From positions 62,001-126,000 of the forward strand of contig NW_026926689.1 in the NCBI RefSeq assembly GCF_032062105.1: 64,000 nt of DNA. Direction: 5' to 3'. The position numbers were made by a program, and so were the translations under genes. The notes under the pieces were generated by a model. That model ran no database searches, was not told where the DNA came from, and was given only the letters and a program-made list of their open reading frames with translations. Every line of letters starts with the position of its first letter. The first letter of the stretch is position 1. Shown here piece after piece: positions 62,007 to 64,000 of this stretch. Origin of the DNA: Saccostrea cucullata (Eukaryota).

Positions 62007-64000
62007 CGGGTATATAAGCTTGAAAGATTTTGGTCAACTTTTCAGCCTTTTATTTAAAATTCAAAAACATTCTGTTGCTCCATTAAAAAAAGGAAAATAA
62101 TCTTCCATAGATATCTTATTGTACTTATGATTAAATGTTTATTCTTTTAAGGAAAAAAAAACCCTTTTTTAATAATGACAAGCATGTACTTTGATTTTTT
62201 TACCTACCGTTGTATTCGTAAAAATTACCACATCATTCATTTTCTTGTCAAATAGTATTGACCAACTTTAATTAAAAGAAAAGAAATAATTAAAATTGTA
62301 TTTTCTTTATACGATAATGAAAATCAATGTTAAAGGACATGCAGTATTTAGCAATATAAGTTGTTAATTGATTTAATAAAGGGTAAACACAGGGGATCAG
62401 AGAAGTATAATATCGAACAAAATTAAACTGTTGACCTCATAAATTTAGTTTAATACATTAATTGTGTGTTCTATTATGTGCTCTCTACATCTGAATTAAA
62501 AAATTAATGATAGATAAACAGAGTGGAGAATATGACACAAAAGCATGATCAAAAAATAATATTGAGCTGTTGATTTGTTTTTTAAAATTAACTCAAGATT
62601 TTAAATGAACTCGCAGTAGGTGTTGAAATCTATCCACGTTCATTTCGAAGAACTGCTTGGAACTTACTTTCAGGGATGGAATGGGTTTTCTCTTTACTCG
62701 GTAAGTTTATTTATTACAAATCAGCATTTTTTTTCTTTCGTCTTAAATTTTTCACAAAGACAATTAAATGAGTCTATCATGTTTTCTACAACTGGGAATA
62801 TAGAATCTCTTTAAAACGTTTCAAGAAAATGAACGCCAAAGTTTTCCTGTAATAGGCAAGGGGAATCTTTAGCTATAAAATACAATGTGATAGCACTCAA
62901 TATGAATCCGTTTCGCAAATATCGCTAAATGAACTGTTTACGGCCATCGCTCTTGACACAGTGTAATAAAAACAGTTGCACTATCTGCATTTTTCTTTCA
63001 ATGAAATTGTTTCAGACAACTTATTTCGTAGAGATGATTTATTAATATAAATATTTTGTGGAATTTAGATGTAAAAGACAATCTAAGATAATGTTTGAGA
63101 TGCTCTTACATTACCATACCTTATCAGGAAAAATTATAAACTTTTCAATTCATATTAAAATTTTGTTGAAGGAAAAACAGTAAGCACTAAGCGAAGTTTA
63201 GAGTATGTCATTAATTAATGTTTGTTTCTTTTCCTTTTTTTTTTAACCAAAATATAAAAAAATCTGAAATTGAAGAGTTTGATGAAATATAATAAGCGTA
63301 AAGAAGTATTGTTTTCAAGACATTCTTGTTTTGGATGCAAGTATTAAGGTTTAAAGTTTCGTTTCAACGTAAGCTGTATGTATTGTTAAAAGAAAATGGA
63401 AATCGGAAGTCATGATATATTGTCAATATTAGGGTTTCTGTGTAAAAACTACGCACTTGCGAGCAATAAAGATTCCCCCTGCTCATATATAAATAAGCCG
63501 TCAAACCAAGTTACTGGTATGTAGATCACATACTGTCTAATGGCAAGCGAAGAAGTGACCATCCATATCATCGGGATCAGGGCGATTTACATTTATATTA
63601 AACGTGACAAAGGAATTTAATCATTTAGATATACAAGTTGTCATTCTGTAAAACAACATTTACTTTTCAACTTTTGATGCCTACCATCTTTTTGTAATCC
63701 TCCAAAAGACTTTTGTCAAAGATTTAAAATATTATAATTCTTATTCTATTCATCTTTAAAGCTTCCAAAATATAGATCAAGTTACAAAATTTCAATAAGT
63801 ATATAGATCGATACAAACTGATAATTTTTCTTCAAAAAGAGGATGTTTTGAAAGGGAAAGACAGATCACAAAAGTAGAAAGTTTAAGATAAATTTTGTAA
63901 ATTGCAAATAATTAAAATCACAGCATTTCCTATTTTTAAGTGAAAAAGAAAATGGCAAAAAAAATGATGTGTTCATTTTGTGAAAAAGAATGAATAAAGG

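Overview
AT-rich animal genomic DNA with spliceosomal introns. It is most likely a bivalve mollusc (oyster-like), inferred from Helentron-borne ~165-bp satellites, Penelope remnants and a divergent nAChR. Four spliced genes were reconstructed by hand: (1) the 3' part of a SEFIR-domain IL-17 receptor-like gene (+, 6075-11351); (2) a complete 21-exon CEP95 (-, 20730-32135) containing a U12-type intron; (3) an unrecognised 14-exon, 262-aa single-pass membrane protein gene (+, 34908-45067) whose cytoplasmic tail is built from ten consecutive symmetric phase-1 exons, five of them 24-nt microexons, largely invisible to the ORF track; (4) a 6-exon non-alpha nicotinic receptor-like subunit (+, 49487-56559). 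The rest is dense transposon debris (Helentron, hAT, IS3EU-like, Transib-like, Kolobok-like, mariner, Ginger-like, Hero, Penelope, tRNA-SINE) plus a 161-nt N gap. The most striking pattern is that five unrelated tandem repeats in three genes each start at an exon 3' end and multiply the exon end plus its 5' splice site into the downstream intron (2 to ~50 copies), with a weaker sixth case. None was seen at an acceptor site.
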